Counted from the stretch's first letter, positions 1 to 10,116 are shown. The stretch: DNA of 40,950 nt from a virus (IMGVR_UViG_3300008255_000222:1-40950); one strand, 5' to 3'. Numbers and translations are program-made. The notes: a model not told the origin generated them from the sequence alone.

Positions 1-140
1 CTCATTCGGAAAAAAAATTTTTTCAGGGATTATTTTATTTATTATTAAAAAGCACATATTTTTTAAATATAAACTGCTGAAATATAAGGGAAAAACGCTT
101 TAAATAACCGCCGCGAATAAAATGCACGTTTTTCTGCCAC

Positions 141-153
141 TAACTTACTGATA
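141..153 (-). promoter_or_regulatory. IHF-like site in the AT-rich cos-proximal region
   Basis: TATCAGTAAGTTA on the minus strand matches WATCARNNNNTTR. Confidence 0.5.
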
Positions 154-248
154 AATAAGAGAATTAATTTTTAATTAATTTATTAAAAAAAAGATTATGC
201 AGTAAAGCCGTTTTTTGATATGATTTACATCAGAATTGGAATTTTAGC

Positions 249-286
249 GCCCGCATCTTATCTCGTTGCGGGCTTTTCTTTTTTTT
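249..286 (+). terminator. Intrinsic terminator upstream of terS
   Basis: GCCCGCA...TGCGGGC stem followed by a T tract. Confidence 0.7.
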
Positions 287-392
287 ACCCCAAAATTCAA
301 CGGTTTACTTATGAACGAGCGCACGCAAGAAGCCTCGACCGCGATCATTACGTGTAGCTGATCTGCGCCGTTCGCCAGTGATGGAGAACGGT

Positions 393-779
393 ATGGCAGA
401 TAAGAAAAAGCGCGGAAGGCCACCCGGTTCAGGTAAAAAAAAGCGCACTGCAAAACCGTCTCCTGAAAAGAAAAAAAAGAAAGTCGGCAGGCCACCGAAG
501 GAAGCGAAGTTAGAGCAAGGCACGGAAACGGTTGTTGCTTCTGATCAGGAGTTGCTTTCGCCGCTTGATTACATGATACGGGTCTTCAATGACCCGAATG
601 CTACGCAAGAGCGCCGTGATAAAATGGCGATTGAGGCGGCAAGGTACTGCCATGCAAACGGCCTTGCATTGCCGAAGCTTGGGAAGAAAGAGGCCGCAAA
701 GGAGCGCGCCAAAGATGCCGCGTCGCGCGGAAAATTCGCAAAATCTGCGCCGCCATTAAGCGTTGTGGATAACAGATAA
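393..779 (+). CDS. terS: Terminase small subunit
   Basis: RGRPPGS N-terminus, PLDYM..V.ND...RRD.MA..AA.Y.H motif, directly upstream of terL; start chosen by GGAG RBS. Confidence 0.85.
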   Translation: MADKKKRGRPPGSGKKKRTAKPSPEKKKKKVGRPPKEAKLEQGTETVVASDQELLSPLDYMIRVFNDPNATQERRDKMAIEAARYCHANGLALPKLGKKEAAKERAKDAASRGKFAKSAPPLSVVDNR

Positions 780-2479
780 TGAAGCCGTCATGGTCAACGG
801 CTTGCCCTGATTGGGAAGATAGGATTCTCAATCAGCAAAGCCTTATTGCATTTGAACCGTTGTTCCCAGACGCGGCGCGTAAAGCGATGGACGTTATGCG
901 CGCTTTGCGCATTGTTGACATTCTCGGCGCGCCGGAAATCGGTGATTGTACGCGCGATTGGGTTCTGAATTTTGCTGCCGCAATTTTCGGTGCTTATGAC
1001 GAAGAGACAGGATTGCGCCTGATCAGAGAGTTTTTTCTTCTGGTCGCGAAGAAGAACACGAAGTCAACGATTGCTGCGGCAATTATGCTGACGGCACTGA
1101 TTTTAAACTGGCGCGATAACGCGGAGTTTTTGATTATTGCGCCAACGATTGAGATTGCCGGCAACTCATTCACGCCAGCTGCGGCGATGATCGCCGCCGA
1201 TGAAGAACTTAAAGAAATTCTGCATGTCCGTGAGCATCATAGGACAATAACGCATCTTGATACCGGCGCGGTCCTAAAGGTTGTTGCCGCCGACAAAGAC
1301 ACAGTTTCCGGCAGCAAGGCCACAGGTGTTCTTGTCGATGAGTTGTGGCTGTTTGGGAAAAAAGAATCTGCGGATTCTATGCTGATGGAAGCAACTGGCG
1401 GTCTGGTTTCGCGCCCGGAGGGGTTCGTTATCTATCTGTCAACGCAATCTGATGATGCCCCTGCCGGCGTCTTTAAGGATAAGCTTGATTATTTTCGCGA
1501 TGTGCGGGATGGAAAGGTTGAGGACAATAAAAGCCTCCCCGTTCTGTATGAATTTCCAAAGTCAATGGTTGATAGCGGTGACTGTTATAAGCCTGAAAAC
1601 TGGTATGTGACCAATCCAAATATGGGATTGAGCGTAAGCTGTGAATATTTAGAAGATAAATATCGCGAAGCGCAACGAGCCAATGATAAAAAATTCCGCA
1701 TACACTGCGCGAAGCACTTAAACCTTGAAATAGGTCTTTTGCTACGCAATGACCGGTGGGCTGGAGGCGAGTTTTGGGAATGCTCTGCCGATAAGACGCT
1801 TACTCTTGAATCTCTTTTAGAGCGTTGCGAGGTCGCCGTTGTCGGGATTGATGGCGGCGGTCTTGACGATTTGCTGGGTCTTCATGTCATTGGCAGAGAA
1901 ATCGGAACGCGCCGGTGGCTGTGCTGGGCGAGGGCTTGGGCGCATCCGATCGTTCTTGACAGACGAAAAGAAATTGCGCCGACGCTGCAAAACTTCGCAA
2001 ATGACGGCGATTTGGTTATTTGTGAAACGCCGACGCAGGATCTTGAAGAGGTTGCGGCGATTTGTGATCGGGTTCGGCAATCCGGCCTGTTTCCAAAAGA
2101 GCATTGTATTGGCGTTGATAAGTTGGGACAGCCGGCGCTGATTGATGCGCTTGTCGACGTGGGATTTAATTGTGAAGGCGCTGAAAACCAAATTATCGGC
2201 ATTTCGCAGGGGGGGTATTTGAATCCCGCAATTGTCGGCACAGAGAAGAAATTAAGCAATGGCACATTGCAACATGCCGGGCAAAGACTGATGGCGTGGT
2301 GCGTTGGTAATGCAAAAGTTGAAATGAAGGGTTCCGCCCGCGCCGTCACGAAACAGGCATCTGGTACAGCAAAGATTGATCCGTTAATCGCATTATTTAA
2401 CGCCGCTATGTTGATGGCGAAAAATCCAGAAGCGCGAAAAGCATCAATATATGCGAGTCGTGGCGTCCAGACGGCTTGA
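779..2479 (+). CDS. terL: Terminase large subunit (cos/HK97-associated type)
   Basis: Walker A-like VAKKNTKST, Walker B VLVDE, STQ coupling motif, nuclease motifs GIDGGGLDDL and KIDP. Confidence 0.95.
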   Translation: MKPSWSTACPDWEDRILNQQSLIAFEPLFPDAARKAMDVMRALRIVDILGAPEIGDCTRDWVLNFAAAIFGAYDEETGLRLIREFFLLVAKKNTKSTIAAAIMLTALILNWRDNAEFLIIAPTIEIAGNSFTPAAAMIAADEELKEILHVREHHRTITHLDTGAVLKVVAADKDTVSGSKATGVLVDELWLFGKKESADSMLMEATGGLVSRPEGFVIYLSTQSDDAPAGVFKDKLDYFRDVRDGKVEDNKSLPVLYEFPKSMVDSGDCYKPENWYVTNPNMGLSVSCEYLEDKYREAQRANDKKFRIHCAKHLNLEIGLLLRNDRWAGGEFWECSADKTLTLESLLERCEVAVVGIDGGGLDDLLGLHVIGREIGTRRWLCWARAWAHPIVLDRRKEIAPTLQNFANDGDLVICETPTQDLEEVAAICDRVRQSGLFPKEHCIGVDKLGQPALIDALVDVGFNCEGAENQIIGISQGGYLNPAIVGTEKKLSNGTLQHAGQRLMAWCVGNAKVEMKGSARAVTKQASGTAKIDPLIALFNAAMLMAKNPEARKASIYASRGVQTA

Positions 2480-2494
2480 TAAGGAAAAACACAC

Positions 2495-3775
2495 ATGGGA
2501 TTGTTTGAAAGATTTTTTCCGCTATCTCGGGAAAGGGCGAAGAATCCGCAAAACAGCTATACCTCCTCATCTGGCGGGCTGATTATCAACACGCCTCAAG
2601 AGTTGGAGGAGGCGCTTCGTGATGGTCAGTTAACGGCATCTGGAAAAAGAGTCACGGCAGAACAGGCTATGCGCGTTTCAGCCGTTTTTGGCTGTATCCG
2701 AATTATTACCGGCGCTGTTGCGACCATTCCGGTTCATGTGAAACGCCGAAACAATGACGGCACAAGACATGATGCCTCTGATGTTTCTTTGTGGAAGTTG
2801 CTGCGTAAAAAGCCAAATAGTTGGCAAACTCCCGCGCAGTTCATGCGCCAAATGCAAGCGGCAAAGCTGTTGCAGGGCAATGCTTATGCTTTGATTGTTA
2901 AATCTAAGTTTGGCAAGAAAGAGCCGACTGATATTATTCCGCTTGACCCTCAAAAGGTTGAGGTAAAGCAGCATCCAGATTTAACGCTGTCATATATTTA
3001 CACGGCGTCAAATGGCACGAGGCAGAAATTTAAACAAGATGAAATTTTCCATCTTTTTGGCCTGACGTTGAACGGATATTCCGGCGTGTCTGTTCTGACA
3101 TATGCGCGGGAAACAATCGGCGAGTCAATCGCTATGGCTGATCATGGTGCCGCGCTGTTTAAAAATGGCGCGCGCGCCAGTGCAACGCTAGAGCATCCCG
3201 GTAGCTTAGGTCCAGATGGTCATGCAAATCTTCGGCAAAGTCTTGATGAGTTTAGGTCGGGCGGAGATCGAGAGGGAAAAGTACTCATCCTCGAAGAGGC
3301 GATGAAATACAAGCCGATTTCAATGACGAGTGTCGATGCGCAATGGATTGAAAGCAAAAAGTTCACGCGCGGCGACGTTGCGATGTTCTTTGGTGTCCCG
3401 CCACACATGCTTGGAGATACAGAAAAATCAACGTCTTGGGGGTCTGGAATTGAGCAACAGAGTATTGGTTTTGTTACATACACGCTTGATGATCACTTAG
3501 TTGATTGGGAGCAGACAATAAATAAATCACTTATTCCGGAAGATAGCGATATCTATGCCAGATTCAACCGAGCGGCATTGGTTAAGGGCGATCTTAAAAC
3601 ACGTATGGAAGCTTATACACGCGGCATCCAGTTCGGTATCTATAATCCAGACGAAGTGCGCGCCTTGGAAGATATGAATCCGCGACCGGGAGGCGATCAG
3701 TTTTATCCGCCGCCGAACATGACAAAAACCCTTGATGCAGAAGGAGCTAAGGATGAGCCTAAGAAAACTTCCTAA
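2495..3775 (+). CDS. HK97-family portal protein
   Basis: PNSWQT, GNAY, FGVPPHMLG, EVRALED motifs; position. Confidence 0.95.
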   Translation: MGLFERFFPLSRERAKNPQNSYTSSSGGLIINTPQELEEALRDGQLTASGKRVTAEQAMRVSAVFGCIRIITGAVATIPVHVKRRNNDGTRHDASDVSLWKLLRKKPNSWQTPAQFMRQMQAAKLLQGNAYALIVKSKFGKKEPTDIIPLDPQKVEVKQHPDLTLSYIYTASNGTRQKFKQDEIFHLFGLTLNGYSGVSVLTYARETIGESIAMADHGAALFKNGARASATLEHPGSLGPDGHANLRQSLDEFRSGGDREGKVLILEEAMKYKPISMTSVDAQWIESKKFTRGDVAMFFGVPPHMLGDTEKSTSWGSGIEQQSIGFVTYTLDDHLVDWEQTINKSLIPEDSDIYARFNRAALVKGDLKTRMEAYTRGIQFGIYNPDEVRALEDMNPRPGGDQFYPPPNMTKTLDAEGAKDEPKKTS

Positions 3776-4619
3776 AATCGAGGGTATTCAGCGTCCGTCA
3801 AACTTTAAATGGGATGCGCCGAGCGACGTCATGGATAAATGGTCTGACACACCCCTGCTTTCTGCATCTGATGATGACGCAACGATTACAATGTTTGACG
3901 TGATAGGAGAGGATTGGTGGACAGGTGAGGGTGTGACGGCGAAGCGCGTCAGCGCAGCCCTGCGCAAGATCGGTAATAACGAGGTTACTGTCAAAATTAA
4001 CTCGCCGGGCGGTGATTTGTTTGAGGGTATCGCGATTTATAATCTTCTTCGCGACCACCCTGCAAAAGTTTCAATTCAGGTTATGGGCTGGGCGGCTTCC
4101 GCCGCAAGTATCATTGCTATGGCTGGCGACGAGATTGTTATGGGGCTTGGCTCTATGATGATGGTGCATAATGCTTGGGGCTGCGTATGTGGTAACAGGC
4201 ATGACATGCGCGACACAGCAAAGATTTTTGACGGGTTTGACGACGCGATTGTTGATATTTATGAGGCGCGCACCGGCATGTCACGCGCTGATATTTCTGC
4301 GTTAATGGATGCGGAAACATTCATGAATCCGAAGGACTCAGTTAAAAATGGCTTTGCTGACTATGTTGATGACGATATTGGAGGCGAGGTTGACAGCGAA
4401 GCGAATAGCAAAAATCGACGGATTATAGCGCGCCGCCAAACGGAGGCCGCGCTTGCGCGTTCAGGATATACAAGAGATCAACGCTCTGAACTCATGACAG
4501 AGATGGGCGTTTCATCTGCGGCCCCGCGTGATGCAAGCCGCCAACCACCCGCCGCGCGTGATGCAGGCATTCCAAGTGCCGATATTTGGCGCTTCATCGA
4601 AACCATTAAACAATCCTAA
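3753..4619 (+). CDS. ClpP-type prohead protease
   Basis: INSPGGDLFEGIAIYN, AASAAS, MMVHNAW motifs. Confidence 0.95.
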   Translation: MSLRKLPKIEGIQRPSNFKWDAPSDVMDKWSDTPLLSASDDDATITMFDVIGEDWWTGEGVTAKRVSAALRKIGNNEVTVKINSPGGDLFEGIAIYNLLRDHPAKVSIQVMGWAASAASIIAMAGDEIVMGLGSMMMVHNAWGCVCGNRHDMRDTAKIFDGFDDAIVDIYEARTGMSRADISALMDAETFMNPKDSVKNGFADYVDDDIGGEVDSEANSKNRRIIARRQTEAALARSGYTRDQRSELMTEMGVSSAAPRDASRQPPAARDAGIPSADIWRFIETIKQS

Positions 4620-4633
4620 CAGGAGAAAATATT

Positions 4634-5908
4634 ATGAACGGACTTGTAACACCCCGTCAACGCGGGCTGATCACCCCTGCGCGCGCTGATGCCGCAAAGA
4701 GTAATGACCCGCAAGTAATTTTTGCGGAACTGCAGAAAACCTTTCACGCATTTAAAGAAGAGCGTGAACAGGAATTGAAAAACATCAATGCAAAGTTTGA
4801 TGACGTTGTAACCAAAGAAAAGGTTGATCGCATCAATAATGAAATCACGTCTCTGCAGGCCGCGCTTGATGAGTCCAACAGAATCTTGGCGTCTCTGCGA
4901 GTCGGCGCCGGCGGATCTGTAGATGATCCCGATATTGCGGCTCATGCTGACGCTTTCAATACGTTCTTCCGCAAGGGCGTAGATGCAGATCTGAAAGGGC
5001 TTGAAGTTAAAGCCAAGCTTGGAACACAGTCCGATCCGGACGGCGGATATTTGGTGCCAACGGAAATGGAAAACACCATCGACCGTGTTGTTGGTACGGT
5101 GTCGGCTTTGCGTTCATTGTCGCGTGTGATGACAATTTCCACAAATGAATACAAGAAGCTTGTCAGTCAAGGCGGCGCGTCTTCTGGTTGGGTTGGTGAG
5201 GAAGATACTCGACCCGAAACCAATACGCCGACGCTGCGTGAAATCGCTATCACAACAGGCGAAATCTATGCAAACCCTGCGGCAACACAGACCATGCTTG
5301 ACGATGGTCGCGTTGACATTGCTTCATGGCTGGCAGATGAGGTGTCTATCGAGTTCGCTGAACAGGAAGGCGCCTCGTTTGTATCCGGTGACGGTGTTAA
5401 GAAGCCAAGAGGAATCTTGTCATACGACACGATTGCTAACGCTTCCTATGCTTGGGGCAAGCTTGGCTTTACGGTGTCAGGCGCTGCCGCGGCATTCAAC
5501 ACGACAAACCCAGCTGATGCACTGATCGAGCTGTTTTACTCATTGAAACAGCAGTATCGCAATGGTGCGACATGGTTAACGTCAGATGCCGTTATGGGTA
5601 CAATGCGTAAATTTAAGGACGGTGACGGCAACTATCTGTGGGCGCCGCCTGCAACCTCGGAAGGTGTGCCGACAATTCTCGGAAAGCCTGTCTCTACCGA
5701 TGACAATATGCCGGCTCTTGGCGCAAATGCATTCCCGGTTGCATTTGGTAACTTCCAACGTGGTTACTTGATCGTTGACCGCGCCGGGATACGCGTTTTA
5801 CGTGACCCGTACACAAGCAAACCGAACGTGCTGTTCTACACGACACGTCGTGTCGGTGGTGGCGTCGTGAACTTCGAGGCATTGAAACTTCTGAAATGCT
5901 CAACCTAA
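4634..5908 (+). CDS. HK97-fold major capsid protein
   Basis: Coiled-coil N-terminus, DGGYLVP, GDGVKKPRG, RDPYTSKP motifs. Confidence 0.95.
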   Translation: MNGLVTPRQRGLITPARADAAKSNDPQVIFAELQKTFHAFKEEREQELKNINAKFDDVVTKEKVDRINNEITSLQAALDESNRILASLRVGAGGSVDDPDIAAHADAFNTFFRKGVDADLKGLEVKAKLGTQSDPDGGYLVPTEMENTIDRVVGTVSALRSLSRVMTISTNEYKKLVSQGGASSGWVGEEDTRPETNTPTLREIAITTGEIYANPAATQTMLDDGRVDIASWLADEVSIEFAEQEGASFVSGDGVKKPRGILSYDTIANASYAWGKLGFTVSGAAAAFNTTNPADALIELFYSLKQQYRNGATWLTSDAVMGTMRKFKDGDGNYLWAPPATSEGVPTILGKPVSTDDNMPALGANAFPVAFGNFQRGYLIVDRAGIRVLRDPYTSKPNVLFYTTRRVGGGVVNFEALKLLKCST

Positions 5909-5921
5909 CAAACCATAGATA

Positions 5922-5948
5922 AGCCGGGCGGCGTTTAGTCGCCCGGCT
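5922..5948 (+). terminator. Hairpin after the capsid gene
   Basis: AGCCGGGCGGC...GTCGCCCGGCT stem, no clear T tract. Confidence 0.45.
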
Positions 5949-5992
5949 CATCTGACATTAATAATGAATTTCTTTTTGAAAGGAAGACGACA

Positions 5993-6433
5993 ATGAAAGA
6001 CGTACACTCGCACATGCTTGCGACACAGGTGATCGGCGCCGTAGTGCTGGCTGCTGATAATACGCCGGCTGCAATTGACCTTCAAGGCTATAACGCCGCT
6101 GAAATCCTGCTTTCTATCGGTATTGGCGGCATTACATTCGATGCCACAAACAAGATCGAGTTTAAACTGACTCACTCAGACGATGATGTGACTTATACCG
6201 CTGTTGACGTGGATGACATGATCGGGCTGTCTTCTGTTGGGGGTGGCGGTATTATCAAATCTCTCGTTGCGGAACATGCAGCAGCTGCAATGTATCGATG
6301 CGGCTATAAGGGTGGTAAACGCTACCTGAAAATTCTTGCGGACTTCTCTGGTACGCACGGAACCGGTACGCCTATTGCCGTAGCTGTTCTGAAAATGAAG
6401 GGTGCCGACACGCCTGAAGTTGATCAAGAATAA
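5993..6433 (+). CDS. Probable virion (head accessory) protein
   Basis: RBS, position after capsid, beta-rich, GYKGGKRYL motif. Confidence 0.6.
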   Translation: MKDVHSHMLATQVIGAVVLAADNTPAAIDLQGYNAAEILLSIGIGGITFDATNKIEFKLTHSDDDVTYTAVDVDDMIGLSSVGGGGIIKSLVAEHAAAAMYRCGYKGGKRYLKILADFSGTHGTGTPIAVAVLKMKGADTPEVDQE

Positions 6434-6468
6434 TCAGAGGCGAAAGCAAAAGTAGATAAAGAAAGCAG

Positions 6469-6502
6469 GAACGGGGGCTGTTTGCGCCCCCGTTTCTCTT
6501 TT
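6469..6502 (+). terminator. Intrinsic terminator
   Basis: AACGGGGGC...GCCCCCGTT followed by TCTCTTTT. Confidence 0.65.
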
Positions 6503-6531
6503 AACTAAGATCGAATAGGAATTGAAAAAAA

Positions 6532-6711
6532 ATGAAAGCAAAAGTCACAAAAGAATTTAACGGTCGCCCGGACAATGAAGCTCTAACACAACCGTTCAAG
6601 GTTGGTGACATTGTGGAAGGTGATCTGGCGCGCGTTGCGATCGATAACAAGTGGGCGGAAGAATACAAAGAAGAACCGACAAAAAAATCTGACGACGCCA
6701 AAAAGAAGTAA
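6532..6711 (+). CDS. 59-aa hypothetical protein (not in ORF track)
   Basis: MKAKVTKEFNGRPDNE...DDAKKK with AGGA upstream, in line with the operon. Confidence 0.7.
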   Translation: MKAKVTKEFNGRPDNEALTQPFKVGDIVEGDLARVAIDNKWAEEYKEEPTKKSDDAKKK

Positions 6712-6796
6712 AAAGGACTCTCTCTCCTTTTTGGGAGGGGGCGCGTAAAAATGCCCCCTCCACATCTTTTTCTAAAATATAGTTCGGAGAACCTCG

Positions 6797-7162
6797 ATGA
6801 ATGTAGAAAGACGTTCCATTACACTGATGACTGATGCGTCTGGAGACGCGACGGGAACGATTGAAGACGTGAACGGCTTGTTGTCTCAAATTCGTTACGA
6901 TAAAGACGATTATGCAGACACTGTTGATTTTACAATCACATGTGCAGAAACCGGCGAAACGCTTTGGGCTGAAAGCAACGTGACCGCTGACGCCACACGC
7001 GCTCCGCGACAGGCAACGCACGGCACAGACGGCGCAGCGGCATTGTATGCAGCGGGTGGCGCTGCTGTGAACGATTTGATCGCGATTTCTGGCACAATCA
7101 ATATTGTGGTGGCGCAAGGCGGAGACAGCAAATCCGGTACATTCCATTTCGTGACCGTATAA
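6797..7162 (+). CDS. Hypothetical virion-region protein
   Basis: GGAG RBS, operon position. Confidence 0.65.
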   Translation: MNVERRSITLMTDASGDATGTIEDVNGLLSQIRYDKDDYADTVDFTITCAETGETLWAESNVTADATRAPRQATHGTDGAAALYAAGGAAVNDLIAISGTINIVVAQGGDSKSGTFHFVTV

Positions 7163-7177
7163 GAGGGATTTAAGAGC

Positions 7178-7759
7178 ATGTTCCGTCCGACTTTGACAAC
7201 CGCACCTGCAACACTTCCTGTCACGCTTGCGGAGGTCAAGCGGCAGATGGTTGTTGATTTTGACGATGATGATGATCTGATCACTGATTATATCACAGAA
7301 GCGGTATCTCACTTTGATGGTTATGCAGGCATATTGGGGCGGGCTTTAATCAATCAGGTATGGACGCAAACGTATAGCAAATGGTCAAGATGCTTAAGGC
7401 TACCATTTCCTGACGTGTCAAGCGTTACAATTACGTATTCTGACACAGCAGGCGATGATCAGGTTGTATCAACGGATGATTATGAAATCCTTGAGGACGC
7501 AAAAAGCGCTTATGTGCGCTTTAAAGATACTTTTACATCTCCAAGCTTGGAGGATGATGTCGCGGCGCCAATCAGTATTGCGATAACAACAGGATATGGC
7601 GCGGCTGAATCTAGTGTTCCTGCAGGAATAAGATCGGCGATCAAGTTTACTGTAGCGCAATGGTATCAGAACCGTGATGGTCTTGTTGAAGGCGCAAAAA
7701 AAGGCGTTCCGAATGGCGCTGAAATAATGGCAAGGAAATACAAAAGGACTGAATTTTAA
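7178..7759 (+). CDS. Head-tail connector (gp6-like)
   Basis: PVTLAEVK..., LGRALINQVW, GYG...VPA.I..AI...VAQWYQNR. Confidence 0.9.
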   Translation: MFRPTLTTAPATLPVTLAEVKRQMVVDFDDDDDLITDYITEAVSHFDGYAGILGRALINQVWTQTYSKWSRCLRLPFPDVSSVTITYSDTAGDDQVVSTDDYEILEDAKSAYVRFKDTFTSPSLEDDVAAPISIAITTGYGAAESSVPAGIRSAIKFTVAQWYQNRDGLVEGAKKGVPNGAEIMARKYKRTEF

Positions 7760-7782
7760 CGCAAGAGTAAGGAGTAATAGAA

Positions 7783-8202
7783 ATGGCAGATTTAACGGTA
7801 ACGGCAACATCGGTCATTAAAGGATCGAATGTGACAAACATTCAGACAAAGACAGCTGGAGAGGCAATTGACGCCGGTGAGGTCGTCTATCTGGACACCA
7901 CCACATCAACCATGAAATTGGCTGATGCTGATTCAGGAACAACGCTTGATGCAGTCCGCACACCAATTGGTATTGCGCTCAATAGCGCCGGCACTGGGCA
8001 GCCTTTAACGTACATGACCTCCGGAGATGTTACGCTTGGCGCAATTCTGACAGCGGGAACTGCGTACTACCTGTCAGGCACGGCTGGTAAAATTTGCCCG
8101 CTTGCTGATGTGGCTGCGGGTGACGATGTGGTTGCGCTTGGTTTGGCGAAAAGCACATCTGTATTGGCCCTTAATATTCAAGCACCGGGCGTTGAACTGT
8201 AA
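7783..8202 (+). CDS. Probable capsid decoration/accessory structural protein
   Basis: AGEAIDAGEVVY, LADAD, GIALN, YYLSGTAGKI motifs. Confidence 0.55.
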   Translation: MADLTVTATSVIKGSNVTNIQTKTAGEAIDAGEVVYLDTTTSTMKLADADSGTTLDAVRTPIGIALNSAGTGQPLTYMTSGDVTLGAILTAGTAYYLSGTAGKICPLADVAAGDDVVALGLAKSTSVLALNIQAPGVEL

Positions 8203-8480
8203 TGGTGAAAGTCAGGTTTAGCAAAAACTTTGATTTTTATCCTGCTGCGAGAAAGGGCCATGTTTGCACGGCCTATCCAGCCGGTGAAAAAATCCACAGT
8301 GTTACGCGGGAATGTGCTGATAGGGCGATTGAGGGCGGCTATGCCGTCGAAGTGCCGGAGGCGGAGAAGATAGCACCGTCCGTTGCAAAGCGGAAAGCGG
8401 CAAAAAAGGCCGCGCAGAAAAACCCGCCCAATGAAGAGGTAAAAACCGAAGATGCCGAGGAAAAAGACGTCAGCTGGTGA
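8202..8480 (+). CDS. Hypothetical protein
   Basis: TAATG coupling, operon position. Confidence 0.7.
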   Translation: MVKVRFSKNFDFYPAARKGHVCTAYPAGEKIHSVTRECADRAIEGGYAVEVPEAEKIAPSVAKRKAAKKAAQKNPPNEEVKTEDAEEKDVSW

Positions 8481-8808
8481 TTTTATTGAATCTGTTGCCT
8501 TTGAAGAACTCGGTGCCGCCAGTGATGGCGGTGGCGGTGTTCTTTCCGGGTACACGGAGCAATTCAAGACCCGCGCGAAATACATTCATTTGCGCGGGGG
8601 GGAAAGCGTCATGGCTGGCCGGCTTGCCGGCAAGCATGCGCAAATCATCCGCGTCCGGTCTTTCGTGAAGTCGCGGAAGGTTAACGCATCTTGGCGCATC
8701 GTTGATCAGCGCACAGGAGATATATTCAATATCCGTGACATAACTCCGTCGAATGATCGTCAATACCTAGATTTCCTCTGTGAAAAAGGCGTGGCGGTGA
8801 ACGGTTAA
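8452..8808 (+). CDS. Head closure/head-tail adaptor (SPP1 gp16-like)
   Basis: DGGGG, LRGGESVMAGRL, WRI.D..TG..FNIR motifs. Confidence 0.85.
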   Translation: MPRKKTSAGDFIESVAFEELGAASDGGGGVLSGYTEQFKTRAKYIHLRGGESVMAGRLAGKHAQIIRVRSFVKSRKVNASWRIVDQRTGDIFNIRDITPSNDRQYLDFLCEKGVAVNG

Positions 8809-8809
8809 A

Positions 8810-9238
8810 ATGGCGAAATTGAGCGGTAAGGCAAAATTTCTGGCGATGCTTCGCCAGATCCCGCCCGCTGTTCGCGCGGAAGTCGCAAAGGCACAAGAGC
8901 AAAACGGGCGTGAGTTCGTTTCTGCCCTGCAATCTGCCGTGCCTGTCGATGAGGGCGATTTAAAAGCCTCGATCGGCTACCGCATCGGCGGCTACAAAAA
9001 GGCCGGTGGCGACAGGGGGTTTAATTCCCGCTTGAATGACCCGTTTTTAACGCTTGGCGTAAAGGCTGGGAGCATCAAAGCGCCATATGCCGGATATGTC
9101 GAGTTCGGGACTGTGAAGATGGACCCGCGCGCATTCTTCTTTCCGACATACCGGGCATTAAGAAAACGGCTTAAAAGCCGCCTTACCAGATCGGCAACAA
9201 AAGGCATTAAGCGCGTTGTGCAAAGGACGAAGCAATGA
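8810..9238 (+). CDS. HK97 gp10-family tail completion protein
   Basis: PVDEGDLKASI, YAGYVEFGT.KM.P..FFFP. Confidence 0.9.
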   Translation: MAKLSGKAKFLAMLRQIPPAVRAEVAKAQEQNGREFVSALQSAVPVDEGDLKASIGYRIGGYKKAGGDRGFNSRLNDPFLTLGVKAGSIKAPYAGYVEFGTVKMDPRAFFFPTYRALRKRLKSRLTRSATKGIKRVVQRTKQ

Positions 9239-9642
9239 GTTTTCCTGATTGGGACTTGCAGAAGGCGATCTATGCGGCGCTTGTGGCTGCGGAAGTATGT
9301 GGCGGGCGCGTTTACGACCGCATATCGAAAGATGCGGCTTTCCCATATGTCACTATCGGAGACTCGCAGGTGCTTGATGATGGCGCGCTGTTTGATACGT
9401 GTATCGGCGGCTGGGAGGCTTTTCACGACATTCATATCTGGTCCAGGCCGGAAAGCGGGTCAAAGAGGGAACTTAAAGAAATCGCCGCTGACGTCATAAC
9501 GTCTGTGGCTGGCATTACGGCTGTTGAGGGATTTGTGCTTGTTGTTGCGCAAGTTCAGTCGTCACGGTCTTTCCGCGACCCTGACGGGATGACAGAACAT
9601 GGAGTTTTGACGTTTAGATTTTTGATTGATGAAACAGAATAA
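9235..9642 (+). CDS. Tail terminator (DUF3168-like)
   Basis: LQKAIYAAL, RVYD, FPYVTIG, HIWSR, RDPDG.T.HGV. Confidence 0.9.
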   Translation: MSFPDWDLQKAIYAALVAAEVCGGRVYDRISKDAAFPYVTIGDSQVLDDGALFDTCIGGWEAFHDIHIWSRPESGSKRELKEIAADVITSVAGITAVEGFVLVVAQVQSSRSFRDPDGMTEHGVLTFRFLIDETE

Positions 9643-9666
9643 CCAACAAAACGGAGGCTTACGCAA

Positions 9667-10116
9667 ATGACGGCAGTTAAAGCAATGAACGGAACGAAAC
9701 TACTTATCCAGATAGGCGACGGCGCAAGCCCTGAAACATTCGCGCATGATTGCCTGATTAACACAGAGCGCGGCATTGTTTTTGCCTCCGATGAAAATCG
9801 CCAAATCATTCCGGATTGCGACAATCCCGATGACCCCGCATGGTCTTCGCTGAATAAAGACGGTCTGACGGCAACGATTAACGGCTCCGGCATGCTGCAT
9901 ACGGCAAGCGTTGAGGATTTCTTTGATTGGTTCAACAGTGACACAGCAAAGAACGTGCGTGTTGTGATCAATGTTGCCGGCGCTGACGGCGGCGGATATT
10001 GGTCGGGCGCTTTCAAGCTGACCAATTTCGAGACCACCGGTACCCGAAACGAGAAAGCAACATGTTCCGTGACGCTTGGTAGTGATGGCGCTATTGTATG
10101 GACGGATGCGGCGTAA
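9667..10116 (+). CDS. Major tail tube protein (TP901-1/GTA-like)
   Basis: LLIQIGDGASPETF, PDCDNPD motifs; position. Confidence 0.9.
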   Translation: MTAVKAMNGTKLLIQIGDGASPETFAHDCLINTERGIVFASDENRQIIPDCDNPDDPAWSSLNKDGLTATINGSGMLHTASVEDFFDWFNSDTAKNVRVVINVAGADGGGYWSGAFKLTNFETTGTRNEKATCSVTLGSDGAIVWTDAA

